Shown in pieces: positions 50,967 through 61,323 of a stretch of DNA of 64,000 nucleotides. The stretch's first letter is position 1, and each line of letters starts with the position of its first letter. The DNA is from Bugula neritina (taxonomy: Eukaryota; Animalia; Bryozoa): the NCBI GenBank assembly GCA_964035545.1, contig OZ037769.1, positions 11,996,633-12,060,632 on the forward strand, given 5' to 3'. Made by a program: the position numbers and the translations under genes. The notes below the pieces were generated by a model that was not told the DNA's origin, did not search any database, and saw only the letters and a program-made list of their open reading frames with translations.

Positions 50967-53900
50967 CATGACAAAATAATGGCACAAAACACATTCCTCA
51001 GAGGAATCTGGTCAAGATCAACTGAGATTGAAAAGCGGTCTATGACAATAGCAAAGATTAGCTAGATTTGTAAACAAGTTTCAACACCAAAAGAAAAGCT
51101 AAGCTAAATGACGTAGTGCATTTCTTCAACTTTTCAGTACCTTTTTATTTATTTACACTAAACTGCGTAGCTCTTGAGAGGTGTATGTAATGGTATACCA
51201 TTTTCATGTAGTGTAGCCAAGCTGTACAAGATAAATATTTTAAATAATGTAATAAACTACGATATAATAACTAATACTCTAAACTACACTGCATACCAAG
51301 TTTTCACTTCACGTTCTGCATGTTGAGTGAATTACTAGGCAATAGAGGCGCACGGGTTGTATTTCATCTTTATTTTTCTTATACAACAGACCAACCTTTC
51401 TTATATGACCAACCATAAAACTTATGAAGTATGGTTAACTATAATATAATAAATGATCAACTGATAGTAATAAAAAACATTAACACAAGGAACTATATCA
51501 TTACTCATTGAAACTATAACACTATAAATTATAAACCAAAACAAAACTTGTTTATAGAATAACACAGTGGAATACAAAATAGCTACCTTGTGGTTATGCT
51601 CCTAGTAACATACTGAGTACTAATTTTCATCTATTTGCTTGCTATAAATAACTACAAATAGCTATAGTAGCTAACGGTAATTAGCTATTGTGGTAGTTTA
51701 TAAAGTTGCCCCCTTTGACACGTTACTGTAGTAACGTACAGCTTATTTTCTGAACACAATAATTACTGTTAAGCTTTTAGCTTAGTGAATAGTTTATTCA
51801 TTACCCACGCTTGTAACTTACGATATTTAGGCAGTAATTGGTTTGGTTCAACGTTGCATACGCATTGTAAACCGAGCTTGACCAAAGTTCAGCTTTCCTT
51901 TTGTTGAACTCCGACATTCTGAATGCCGGAACACCCAAGCCCAACATTCTGAACTTTCACCAATTGTCAGTCGAAGGTTGTAGACTTCCTTGGTTTGACC
52001 AGTATAAAAGAAGGCCCATTTTGAGCTCCTAGTCAGTTTAAGACAGGAGCTCACACTGGAATGAACTATTGTCAAGAATAAAGCTTACTTTGCGCACACT
52101 ACAAAAACTATCTTATCTCTTCTCTCTAACAAGGAGTTATGTTCCCTGCCTGATTGCATTCAATAACTCGCAAGTTACTACATTAGTGGCAGCGGTGAAA
52201 TTACAAATACTTAGGCAGCCTTACAAAAGAAAGAGAGAGGAGCCAGATGGCTAAGATGGAAGAAGGATGAGAAGAGGTCCTCACAATAGAGAAGCTAGCA
52301 ACAGCGCTTTAGGAAGTCGGCGGAGCCAATTAGGCACCACCTGGTTGCAGGTATCGCTATAGAGAAGCTGGCACAGACAGCATATAGCCGAACCGACTTA
52401 GAGAAACAGCGGGACTTGATTTACGAGGCCTTCTTCAGGACCATGAACAAAAGCAAACTCCTGAGATACTACTTGGGGCCAAGATTTTTATTATAGAAAA
52501 GGTTTTAGATATAAGACGATCCTATTATAAAGTAGACGCCCTCCATGAAGCAGATTTCACTGCAAATCAAGTAGAGGAGACACCCAAAGAAGAGGCTCAA
52601 GCCACCGCCATTGCTAACACGGCATCGACCTCCCCCGCAGTTCACCATATTTTTAGATATGGTGAAGGGCTTGCAATTGGAGGTCGTGAAGATGCAACAA
52701 CAACAGGCTGACAGGTAGACGCCCGATTCTTGGGACAACCCTGCCAGGCCTGCCCAGCCCATTTGTTGGGGATGTGGCAATGCGAACACATACAACGGCA
52801 ATGTTACCCGATGGGAAGAAGCCTTTAAACACTTGAGTCTCATGGTAGATTCTGCCAACCTTGGGCCCTGGATAAACCACATTTCAGGTAAGCTAGAAAA
52901 GCACCTCAGAGAGCGACAGAAGGGCCGGTCTATAGTGGACGGCAAACGCATCGAAGTAGAAGAGCCTAGGGCTCACCTAGATCTCCTGTCGTGCTGAATG
53001 GTACCTAGATGGAGTCTACTGACAAAGAGTGGCAGGCACCTCGGAGATCTCGGAGACCTCAAGGCCTACCCGAGCCTCCTACCTGGCCACTCCACAACCA
53101 GTTCGCGGGATTACCTAACGAGGTCATTGAAGAAGATACAGTTTACTCGCAAAAGTTTCTCAAGCTACCTGCTAGACTTCTGAAAACTCCAAAGCTCGTA
53201 AAGACGAAGCTGCAACTCACCATAATAACCCAAGAGATGTCTCCAACAGAAGTCAACCCCTCCAAGAGTGTCCAGCCATACGGAAACAGCTACTTCCTAC
53301 CCAAAAAAACTGTGGGTAAAGCTGCCTCCTTCTTGCTGTACACCGGCTATACTACCAACCTACTTAGTCGGCGCCTTTTTGACACCCTTGGGGCGCATGA
53401 AAGAGCCAATATCCAATCGTATGAAGGAGCACATGGTACGCTGGCAAACGGATGATGCATTCCCTTCTACGACGTTCTCACCCTACTTGGATTATTCCGT
53501 GATTAAGTGATTGATGAGACTTTCATTGTCAGCCATCTGAAGGAAGACGCCATTTTGGGCATGCCGTTCCTGAAGAAACACCAGGCTCGCATGGACTTTC
53601 AGAACTCGGCATTGGTGATGGCTGAGAATGAACTTGTCTGCTATGTTGACAAGTTTGGCAGATCCTTGGTGGGCGGAGTCCAGGTGGTACAGGACTGCAC
53701 GATACCCGGACAGTCCCAGGCTACCCTGGGAGGTACCAGGCTACCTTATTTCTAGGCTCCCTGCAAAAGGATCGCTAGACTAGGAATGGTAAAAGGAATG
53801 CTGAGGAAAATCCAGCTGACAAATAGCCTGTATCGGGGAAACTGACTGAGGGAGCTCCTTGTATAATGCTTCAACCCTTTCTCTGAACTTATCAAACTGC

Positions 53901-56900
53901 CTACTGGCGCCCCGGTAAGGAAGTACCACTATATCTAGGAAATGGCTGTGGGCTAGCACTGGAGATAGTAGCTGGCACCCAAGAAATTCTCCCTCGGGCC
54001 AGCCGAGTAGCGGTACCAGAGCACGTGGCTAATCTGTATGATGGAGCCGGCGGGGACTGTAATAAGAGTGCCGATTGCCAGGAGCTGGCTTGACTACACC
54101 TAAATTACAGTGATGTCTTCAGTTATGGAGATGAAGAGATGGGGCTGACCAAGGTTGTGTGCCATGAAATACCCTTCGCAGCTAAAACCACTCCCATCAG
54201 GTAGCCGACTCGATGACTGGGCCCGGAGAAGGAGAAGGAGGTGAGCAGACGAGTGCAGGATCTTCTCGGCAAAGACTTGATTGAGCCTGCTGACGCTGCA
54301 TAAAACTCTTCAGTGGTACTGATTAAGAAAAAAGATGGTAGCAGGTAGAGATTCTGTGTGAACTACCCCAAACTGAATAGTGTCACCATCCAGAATGCCT
54401 ACCGCCTCCCCCGGAGAGATGAGTTTCTGGATGCCCTTGTGGGAAGCAAGTACTTTAGTACTTTGGATCGTTTGAGCGGGTACTGGCAGGTGCCCCTCAG
54501 TTCTGATGCACAGGACAAGGTAGCATTCAACACTGCCTCGCAACCTTCCAACCACTCATAGCGCAGGTCCTCAACGGGCTACACTGGAAGACTCTGCTCA
54601 TCCAGCTAGACGATGTCATAATTATCTCCCTAGACATTGCGACTTATGTCAGTCGTCTGCGGAAAGTCTTTGGCCGTCTTCGGCTTAGGCTGTCGGACAG
54701 AAGCCCTCCAAGTGTACGCTCTTACAGTTGAAAGTCCAGTACTTGAGCCATGAGGTTTGCCATGACGGTGCCGTTACTGACTCTGAAAAGGTGCTGGTTG
54801 TGGAAGAGTAGGCTGTTCCCGAGATCTCCTTGCGTTGCAGGCATTCCCGGGCTTAGTGAGGTATTACAGGCAGTATATACCTGAGTTTGCATGGGTGGCT
54901 GAGCTTTTAAATTGGCTAATCGCTAAGGGTGTCCAGTGGCAGTAGACAAAAGAAGAGAAGCAGACATTTGACCACATCAAGAATCGTCTGATGGAGACGC
55001 ATATCTTGGCGTACTTCTATCTGGCCAAGGACACCGACGCCAGCGACTACAGTGTGAGAGCTGTTCTGTCACAAGTCTAGGATGGGGCAGAGGTAGTAGT
55101 GGCTTATTACAGCAAGACTCTCCTGATTGCCGAAAAGAACTACTGCACCACCAGAAAGTAGCTCTTGAAAGTAGTCAAGGCGGTCAAGCACTACTGGCCA
55201 TACCTGTATAGGAGAACGTTTAGGTTACAAAATGGCCATGCATTCCTGATATGGCTGTGCAAACGTGTAGAGCCTTTGAGCCAGATTGCGCTTTGGATGG
55301 AGATTCTTGCTGAGTTCTCCTATAAGATAGGGCATCGTGCTGCGAAGAAGCATGGGAACATCGACGGGATGAATCGGCGGCCGGAAGAGACCTGCAAACA
55401 GTGTCTACACATCGGGAGACGGGATGGAGGACCCGTTCGCCTTGACGTAGAGAAACAGCTGAAGAAAGACAACGTTTTGTAGTTGACAACACGGTAACCT
55501 TCAGCCAGAGCATCAACAGACACTGTCAATGTCTTGCGGGCCAACCCTACGCTGTATCAAAACGTCAAGGAACTGAGCCGGCTCCAGCAGATGTTGCATT
55601 GGGCAATAGCGGACATCTTCTGGGCTAAGAAGGAGGGTCGCTGACCTATTGAGGAACAATAGCAACAGAAAGATGTCAAGTACCGACACCTCTGTAGCCA
55701 CTGAGATTCCTTCAAGGTCAGCCAAGAGGGCCTGCTCATCATATCACAGGCAGCAGACAACCGTCGTCAGGAGAGAGAGCGTGTCGTATGCCCAAGCTCA
55801 CTCTGACAGGAGCTGATCTGGAAAACCCACAAACAGGTTCATGCTAAAGCCAGCCAAATTATCAGGTGTTCACTACTGCGGTGATACTGGCTAGACTAAC
55901 TCGGGACGTGCGACTGCAGATACGGCAGTGTGAATTATTCTATGCTAGCAATCAAGGCTGCCTTATGGAGACCGCGAGTCAACGCCGGCTGTACGCTGGT
56001 CGGTCGTGGCAGATAGTGGCAGTGGATCTAGCCGGACCTATGCCGTTATCCACCAGAGAGACTACTTGGATACTTGTACTCACGAACCATTTCACTTGGT
56101 GGGTCGACGCCCTGGTCATACAAGATGCGCAGCTTTCACTGGGCGGGCCTTAGATCAGAGAGTGTTCTGCCACTTTAGACTTCCCAAACAGATCTACACT
56201 GCCCAGGGCGCCCAGTTCTAGTCCCAGTTAATGGGAGACCTCTACCGGATGTGGGGGGTAAACTAGCGTTGAACTACCCCATATCAACCGCAAGAGAATG
56301 GAGTCATAGAAAGGAACAATAGGATGTTGGGTGATGCTCTCCGGATCCTGCTCCAAGGCTGAGGTCAGGAAGAATAGAACGTGGCACTGCCTCAAATTAT
56401 GCAGGTCTACAGCAGAACACCACACTGCAGTACCCAGGAACCCCCGAACCTCCTGATGCTTGGTCATGAGACCCGGGTCCCAGAGCACCTAACTTTTCAT
56501 GTTCCAACACCCAAGTCCCCTGTACATTAGTACGTGGCAAACCTCACAGAGACAATGAAAAAGGCCTACTATGCACTGCGGGAATAGCAGTGGCAGGCAA
56601 AGACGAAAGACTCAAATGATCCCTCCTTGTACCAGTTAGGGGACTGGGTGTGGATGGTGAGCTACCGCAAGCATCGCGGACAGTTGGCTAAACTTCAGCC
56701 CAAATTCATGGGCCCCTACTGTGTCATAGAGGTTTTACCCAACCACACATGCTGTGTGGAACGCCTAAGTCCGGTCTTAGTCTAGAACGAGCAGCTGTTA
56801 AAACCTCACCATGGCAACTTAGACGCTGCGAGTCAAGCACCCTACCACCCTGTTAGAACCAGTCCGCCAGCCTATCTCCAGAGGATGGATGACTCAATCA

Positions 56901-59900
56901 AGAGAATGAGAGATCATTGTCCGTGAACCAGTTGAGCTCGACAGTGCACCTGAACCTACTCCTCCTTGACCCAGATCTTCAGTGTGGCTGGTCCCATGTC
57001 TAGCCCCAGTGAGAGAGGGTGCCCCAATGGCTGAAGTGAGTGACCAAGGGATCCTTTACCCTCCGGCACTCACACAGTAGCCTGGTATACCAATACATTT
57101 GGAAAGACCGCAAAGAAGCAAGATACCCCCCCCCCCCCCGTTATCTGGCAAATTACCATGTGGGGCTCGTGGGGATATCTCCACCAAGGAGTAATACACT
57201 TAGTACACGTATATGTTCTGACCCCCGCATGGCCATATGTCTCCAGAGCTGGGAAATTTCCCCTGAAGAATTTTAAAACTCATGCAAAATTGGAACAGGA
57301 GTCAGATGTAGAGCTGCTCCACCAAAAATCGTTGTGGAAAATGACTGGACACGTGACCAACGGGTCGTCACATAAAAATCTGACAACGCAAGGCTCAGTC
57401 ATTTTACCTCTTACTCCAGTTGCAAACGGACGCGCTAATTTCAACTTGAAAATTTTAAAAATGGGAATCACTTTACCAGAATCTTTGAACAGCTACTTCC
57501 AAGCAGCTATTTCAGTAGAACTAGACCCTCCATATTCAGAATTCAGTCCAAATTATCAACTTCATCTAATTAATCCGGTCAAAGCCACACTGATTGAAGA
57601 ATTTTAGAGAAGTTTGGGAGATGAATCCCCTTTGACAACCTGTCTCACCAGGACCTGGATTGGCTGCTCTTTTAGACTCACATGACTTTCCAATTATTAA
57701 GACACCATACAAGCAAATGCCGAATTTCGGCGGTAGTACTATAAGCCAGTAACGGCCTGTGCTTAATGTCCGAGATAATGTCATAGATCTGGATGAGGCT
57801 GGGCAAGTCAGCCCGACTTTCCTTCAACCGGAACCCTGGTTCGGTTGCTACCAGCTCGAAAGGTTCCCCAACACCAGCTGAGCATGCCCCCGTTGTTCCA
57901 GTTGAGCCTGCTGCAGAACTCGTGGAAGTTCAACTTCTCTTGGAGGAAAAGCAGGTGATATTGGACAGTGGGGCAGTGTCGATGGATATAGAAGGACCAG
58001 AATGAAAGGCACTGGGGCTGCCCAGGGTGCTGACCGACCGCCAGCACTGTGTCACAGTGGACACCTGGCATAAAGTATACAGGGCGTGTGGCCAAGCGGG
58101 CAACCTCAAATGCCGCCAATGCAAGAGAATATTTCCCACAGCACAGCGATTTTGGGTACACGCCCCACAACACCACACAAACGTTTTCGCCCGTCTGCAA
58201 ACTCTAAGATATCTCCAATAAATATTGATGGCTCTACAACTGAGTGTTTGGTTTGCTTCATTGATGCTGTTATTGAATTTGCAAGACAGTCAATTGCTCT
58301 TAACTCTAAACCAGTGGCGGTAAGATTTAAAGTTTTTACTTCTAGTGGCTGGTTGTTGTTAGTCATTGGGTTCATCTTATGTAGTATTAGTCCTGTAGTT
58401 CTGTCGCTTGCATTATCTAATTGATGCGTTGGTATTCGTTGTGGTTCAGTGGGTAAAATTATGTCGTCACTAAACATTAGTAATCTGCCCAGCATTTCTA
58501 AATCAAGATCTAAGCCGTCGGCTGTTGCTGAGGTTCTATGGAACATTGGAGCATTTGCTTGTTTGTGCTCAAAAACTCTTCTGACATCTCTTAGGCTGTT
58601 CATTTCTTTTTTTGTTATATTCAATAAATATTTTATCTTCTGTTTTTCCAAACATTTCAGGTCATTTAGTTTTGTGTCTGTCAGGTTTCAGTAGTTGTCA
58701 CATTCTTGTTGAAGGAGAGTATGTAAAGATTTTATTCCTTCCTCCATTTTATTGTCTAGAAGAACATTCAATTCTTTATATAATTCTGCAACATCTTTGG
58801 CATCTTGTTCTATTTTGCGCAGATGCATTGGTGCTGTTTTTTATTGCTATTTATAATTGCGTTATGCTGATTAAACTTTTTTCTAATTAATTTAACAACT
58901 GAGTTCGTGAGTTTGGTGATCTTGTTTTCTTTACCCTTTTCTGACCATTCCCTATAGAAACGACTTTTTACTGATATTGCTATAGGCTACTCAGTATTTC
59001 ACTAGGAATACAACCACAAGGTAGCTATTTTGTATTCTATTATATTATTATATATTCAAGTTTTGTTTTTTGTTTGTTGATAATTTATAGTGTTAAGATT
59101 TCAATGAGCAATGATATAATTTCTTGTGTTAATTTTTATTAAAAAAGTCACAATTCTAAGTCAAAAAGCTAACTCACAATTTGACCGGCTTTTTGTACCC
59201 CTACTAATTTTCATCTACATGCTTTTTATAAATAACTATAAATAGCTATAATAGCTTACAGTAATTAGCTATACAGCTGAGTCATGCTAGCTTTGAAATC
59301 AAAATTAGTGGCAGGAAGGGCACAAACCACAGCCCAGGTGAAATGCAGTCTCCGAACCCTGTCTAGCACAAGAAAAAATTGTATACTAATGAATTATGTG
59401 TTGATGCTGTTTTTTATTCAGTTTTCAAGCGAAGAAAAACTTGAAAGATTTCTCAAGTTGGAAGACTTAGAAAAAGCTATAAAAATTGAAGCCGACGTTT
59501 TTAGAATTAGGTTTCAGTCAGAAGTTGAAATCCATGGCATGAAAAACCCAAAATATTACAGGTTTGCTACTGAATATACTTGATTGCAAACATTTTACAG
59601 GTTGTGAGGTTGTGCTGTGTTGCATGCCGCTATTGATGTCATATAGAATTTTACTTTTATTATCCATTCTCTTTTGTCAGCGACTTGTTGACTTTTTTAT
59701 TGAATGTAATAAATTTTGTAGCAAATACCAGTTGGAGCTCGAGCGGACTATTGGTATACTTCACCTGATGGCAGTCGTGGAACAGAAGAAAATGCGACTC
59801 CGAAAACTGCAGAAAGAGCTGAAAGCAGCCAATAAAAGAGCATTGGAGCAGCTTCTCCTAAAACAAAAGGCTACTATTGAGAGATGGATTAAAAATTTAA

Positions 59901-60373
59901 AAGAATCTGTTGATACTGCAATGTCAAAAGATCGTAGATCTGTAGAAGAGCTACAAAAAAAGCTGAAAGAGGCAGCAAACTGGCGAGCTAGAGAACGAAT
60001 TGAAAAGCAGTTGAAGGCAGCTGAAGGAAGGCTTGAGAAAATTAGAAGCAATTGTGATGAAGATGTTCGAAGGTTAAGAGATTATAAAGAGACTGTAGAA
60101 ATCAACATAAAAATTGTTAAAGGAGATGTTACAGTTTATACAAAGCAGGTGAAAGAAGAGATTGAATGCTTAACACCCGAAATTGAGGAAATGGCTGTAA
60201 AACTAAAAGAGAGACTGGAGTCACAATCTAGTTTGAAAATAAAGCATTTCTTCATAAATGCTGGTCTAGTTTTAGGTGCAGTTGTAGCCTCACCCCTCAT
60301 TCTCATTGCTGCCGCCGCATTTGGATTATTGGTGCTAGGTGACACTGTTATAAGTAAAATCAAGCGTAAATAA
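32295..60373 (+). CDS. GB1/RHD3-family large GTPase (atlastin/GBP-like), 10 coding exons, ~617 aa, apparently intact
   Basis: GT-AG exons with matching phases: 32295-32330, 39211-39411, 47380-47517, 47815-47970, 48209-48346, 48433-48574, 50264-50385, 50572-50700, 59422-59561, 59722-60373 (1854 nt incl. stop). Motifs: G1 GVARVGKS, G2 region [15 protein letters not shown]3 LMDCEG, G4 region [18 protein letters not shown]; then coiled coil, hydrophobic segment and KIKRK*. The first short exon is the least certain. Confidence 0.88.
33040..38865 (-). mobile_element. decayed Gypsy element (second family), antisense in an intron of the plus gene
   Basis: 5' LTR 38356-38865, PBS TGGTGGCAGTAGTG at 38341-38354, fragmented gag/PR/RT/RNase H ORFs, most of the integrase deleted, 3' zinc-finger ORF, partial diverged 3' LTR near 33040-33185. 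Confidence 0.88.
39211..39411 (+). CDS. plus GTPase gene, P-loop exon
   Basis: [27 protein letters not shown]; donor AAG|gttagt; the acceptor (ttttggaaag) is weak. Confidence 0.9.
40447..46724 (-). mobile_element. BEL/Pao LTR retrotransposon, decayed, integrase region missing
   Basis: 369-bp LTRs 40447-40815 and 46356-46724 (roughly 95% identical by eye), 5-bp TSD AGTAT; gag with CCHC knuckles, protease FFDSGS, RT (CVDD), Pao RNase H (IYDSLGL..P; IFSDAS). Confidence 0.93.
47380..47517 (+). CDS. plus GTPase gene, switch I exon
   Basis: [46 protein letters not shown], 138 nt, same length as paralogous exon 10916-11053. Confidence 0.9.
47815..47970 (+). CDS. plus GTPase gene, DxxG exon
   Basis: [41 protein letters not shown]..., 156 nt; 35/52 aa identical to exon 9003-9158. 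Confidence 0.92.
48209..48574 (+). CDS. plus GTPase gene, two exons (48209-48346, 48433-48574)
   Basis: ...[15 protein letters not shown]... and ...[16 protein letters not shown]...WDLSG; canonical splice sites. Confidence 0.9.
48632..49371 (-). mobile_element. solo LTR (Gypsy-type)
   Basis: TGT...ACA termini, 4-bp TSD ATAT (48628-48631, 49372-49375), TATA-like TATATAAG on the minus strand near 48975; absent from the equivalent intron of the paralogue. Confidence 0.7.
50264..50700 (+). CDS. plus GTPase gene, two exons (50264-50385, 50572-50700)
   Basis: [40 protein letters not shown] | [16 protein letters not shown]...; phases 1-0-0 fit; resembles the atlastin G-domain/helical-bundle linker. 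Confidence 0.85.
50723..50966. repeat. (TA)n microsatellite interrupted by the hammerhead insert
   Basis: Direct inspection. Confidence 0.95.
50833..50892 (-). ncRNA. 5'-truncated copy of the same element with a variant hammerhead (GUU site)
   Basis: UCUGUG-CUGAUGA-U-GGGA caaa UCCC-GAAA-CAG cug CUG-UU/CACAGA; TA-rich microsatellite on both sides; same 3' end (TTGAG) as the 60659 copy. Confidence 0.85.
51689..58200 (+). mobile_element. decayed Gypsy element, same family as 33040-38865, no 3' LTR
   Basis: LTR 51689-52182 (TG..CA), PBS TAGTGGCAGCGGTG, RT ([14 protein letters not shown]), RNase H, integrase ([11 protein letters not shown]; GPY motif near 56710), 3' zinc-finger ORF; many stops. 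Confidence 0.9.
58205..58960 (-). mobile_element. degenerate non-LTR (RTE/CR1-like) retrotransposon fragment
   Basis: [10 protein letters not shown] followed by GLILHK..M resembles the RT (F/Y)ADD motif and the next GL-x-IN-xx-KT block. Confidence 0.45.
59422..60373 (+). CDS. plus GTPase gene, last two exons (59422-59561, 59722-60373): coiled coil and membrane anchor
   Basis: attcag|TTT...TACAG|gtttg and ttttgtag|C AAA TAC join in phase 2; K/E/R-rich helix; [31 protein letters not shown]; ends KIKRK*. Confidence 0.85.
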
Positions 60374-60593
60374 CATTAACATCTATAGACTTTGAACTCT
60401 AATGACAGCTCTTCATCTAAAGTGTGTTTTAGAAACTTGAACAATTACTAAGTATGATAGTTTTTAGCAATATTAGTCGCATTGTGTTGCATCATTAATT
60501 TGAAAAGAATTGAAATATATTTTACCATACATGCAGTTTGTTACTTACTGTGTGATTACTTGTAGTATATATTGACATATAATATATAGTAAC

Positions 60594-60661
<68 letters not shown>

Positions 60662-60663
60662 AA

Positions 60664-60710
60664 TCTGTGGACAGCAGCTGTTTCGGGGTTTGTCCCCTCA
60701 TCAGCACAGA
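60664..60710 (-). ncRNA. type I hammerhead ribozyme
   Basis: UCUGUG-CUGAUGA-GGGG acaaa CCCC-GAAA-CAG cug CUG-UC/CACAGA: stem I 6 bp, stem II 4 bp, short stem III, GUC cleavage site between 60670 and 60669. Confidence 0.92.
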
Positions 60711-60935
60711 ACAGAGTACCATGGCCCACACCTTCGCAATAGTAGAAACTCATGTCTCTATTAAAGCATATTTAAAAGGTGTGTAAACTCAAGCCAGAGA
60801 GCTCAATTGACTCTAGGGGTCACCTAGGAGTCACGTGCCTTGCAAAATGCTAGCAGCTTGAGTTTGTTACCATAGTGAGAGAGCTCAATCGCTGAATGTC
60901 ATTGCTGAGCATTAAGTGAGAGCATAATACCTCAA

Positions 60936-60982
60936 TCTGTGGACAGCAGCTGTTTCGGGGTTTGTCCCCTCATCAGCACAGA
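60936..60982 (-). ncRNA. type I hammerhead ribozyme (second identical copy)
   Basis: Same sequence as 60664-60710; predicted cleavage between 60942 and 60941. Confidence 0.92.
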
Positions 60983-61017
60983 ACAGAGTACCATGGCCCA
61001 CACCTTCGCAAAATATA

Positions 61018-61093
<76 letters not shown>

Positions 61094-61112
61094 CATATAT
61101 ATATACATATAC

Positions 61113-61145
<33 letters not shown>

Positions 61146-61151
61146 CATATG

Positions 61152-61225
<74 letters not shown>

Positions 61226-61234
61226 TACATATAC

Positions 61235-61323
<89 letters not shown>

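Larger units (their letters stand above)
60659..61011 (-). mobile_element. retrozyme-like element: 272-bp unit plus 81-bp terminal redundancy, two type I hammerhead ribozymes, embedded in (TA)n
   Basis: Identical 81-bp direct repeats at 60659-60739 and 60931-61011, each containing a full hammerhead core on the minus strand; no convincing ORF; (TA)n on both sides. Confidence 0.85.
60600..61320. repeat. (TA)n / (TACA)n microsatellite interrupted by the retrozyme-like element
   Basis: Direct inspection. Confidence 0.95.

Noticed and set aside
59564-59721. N-terminal part of ORF 59564-60373 as coding
   Set aside because: Lies in the GT-AG intron 59562-59721; only the 59722 acceptor matches the phase-2 donor.
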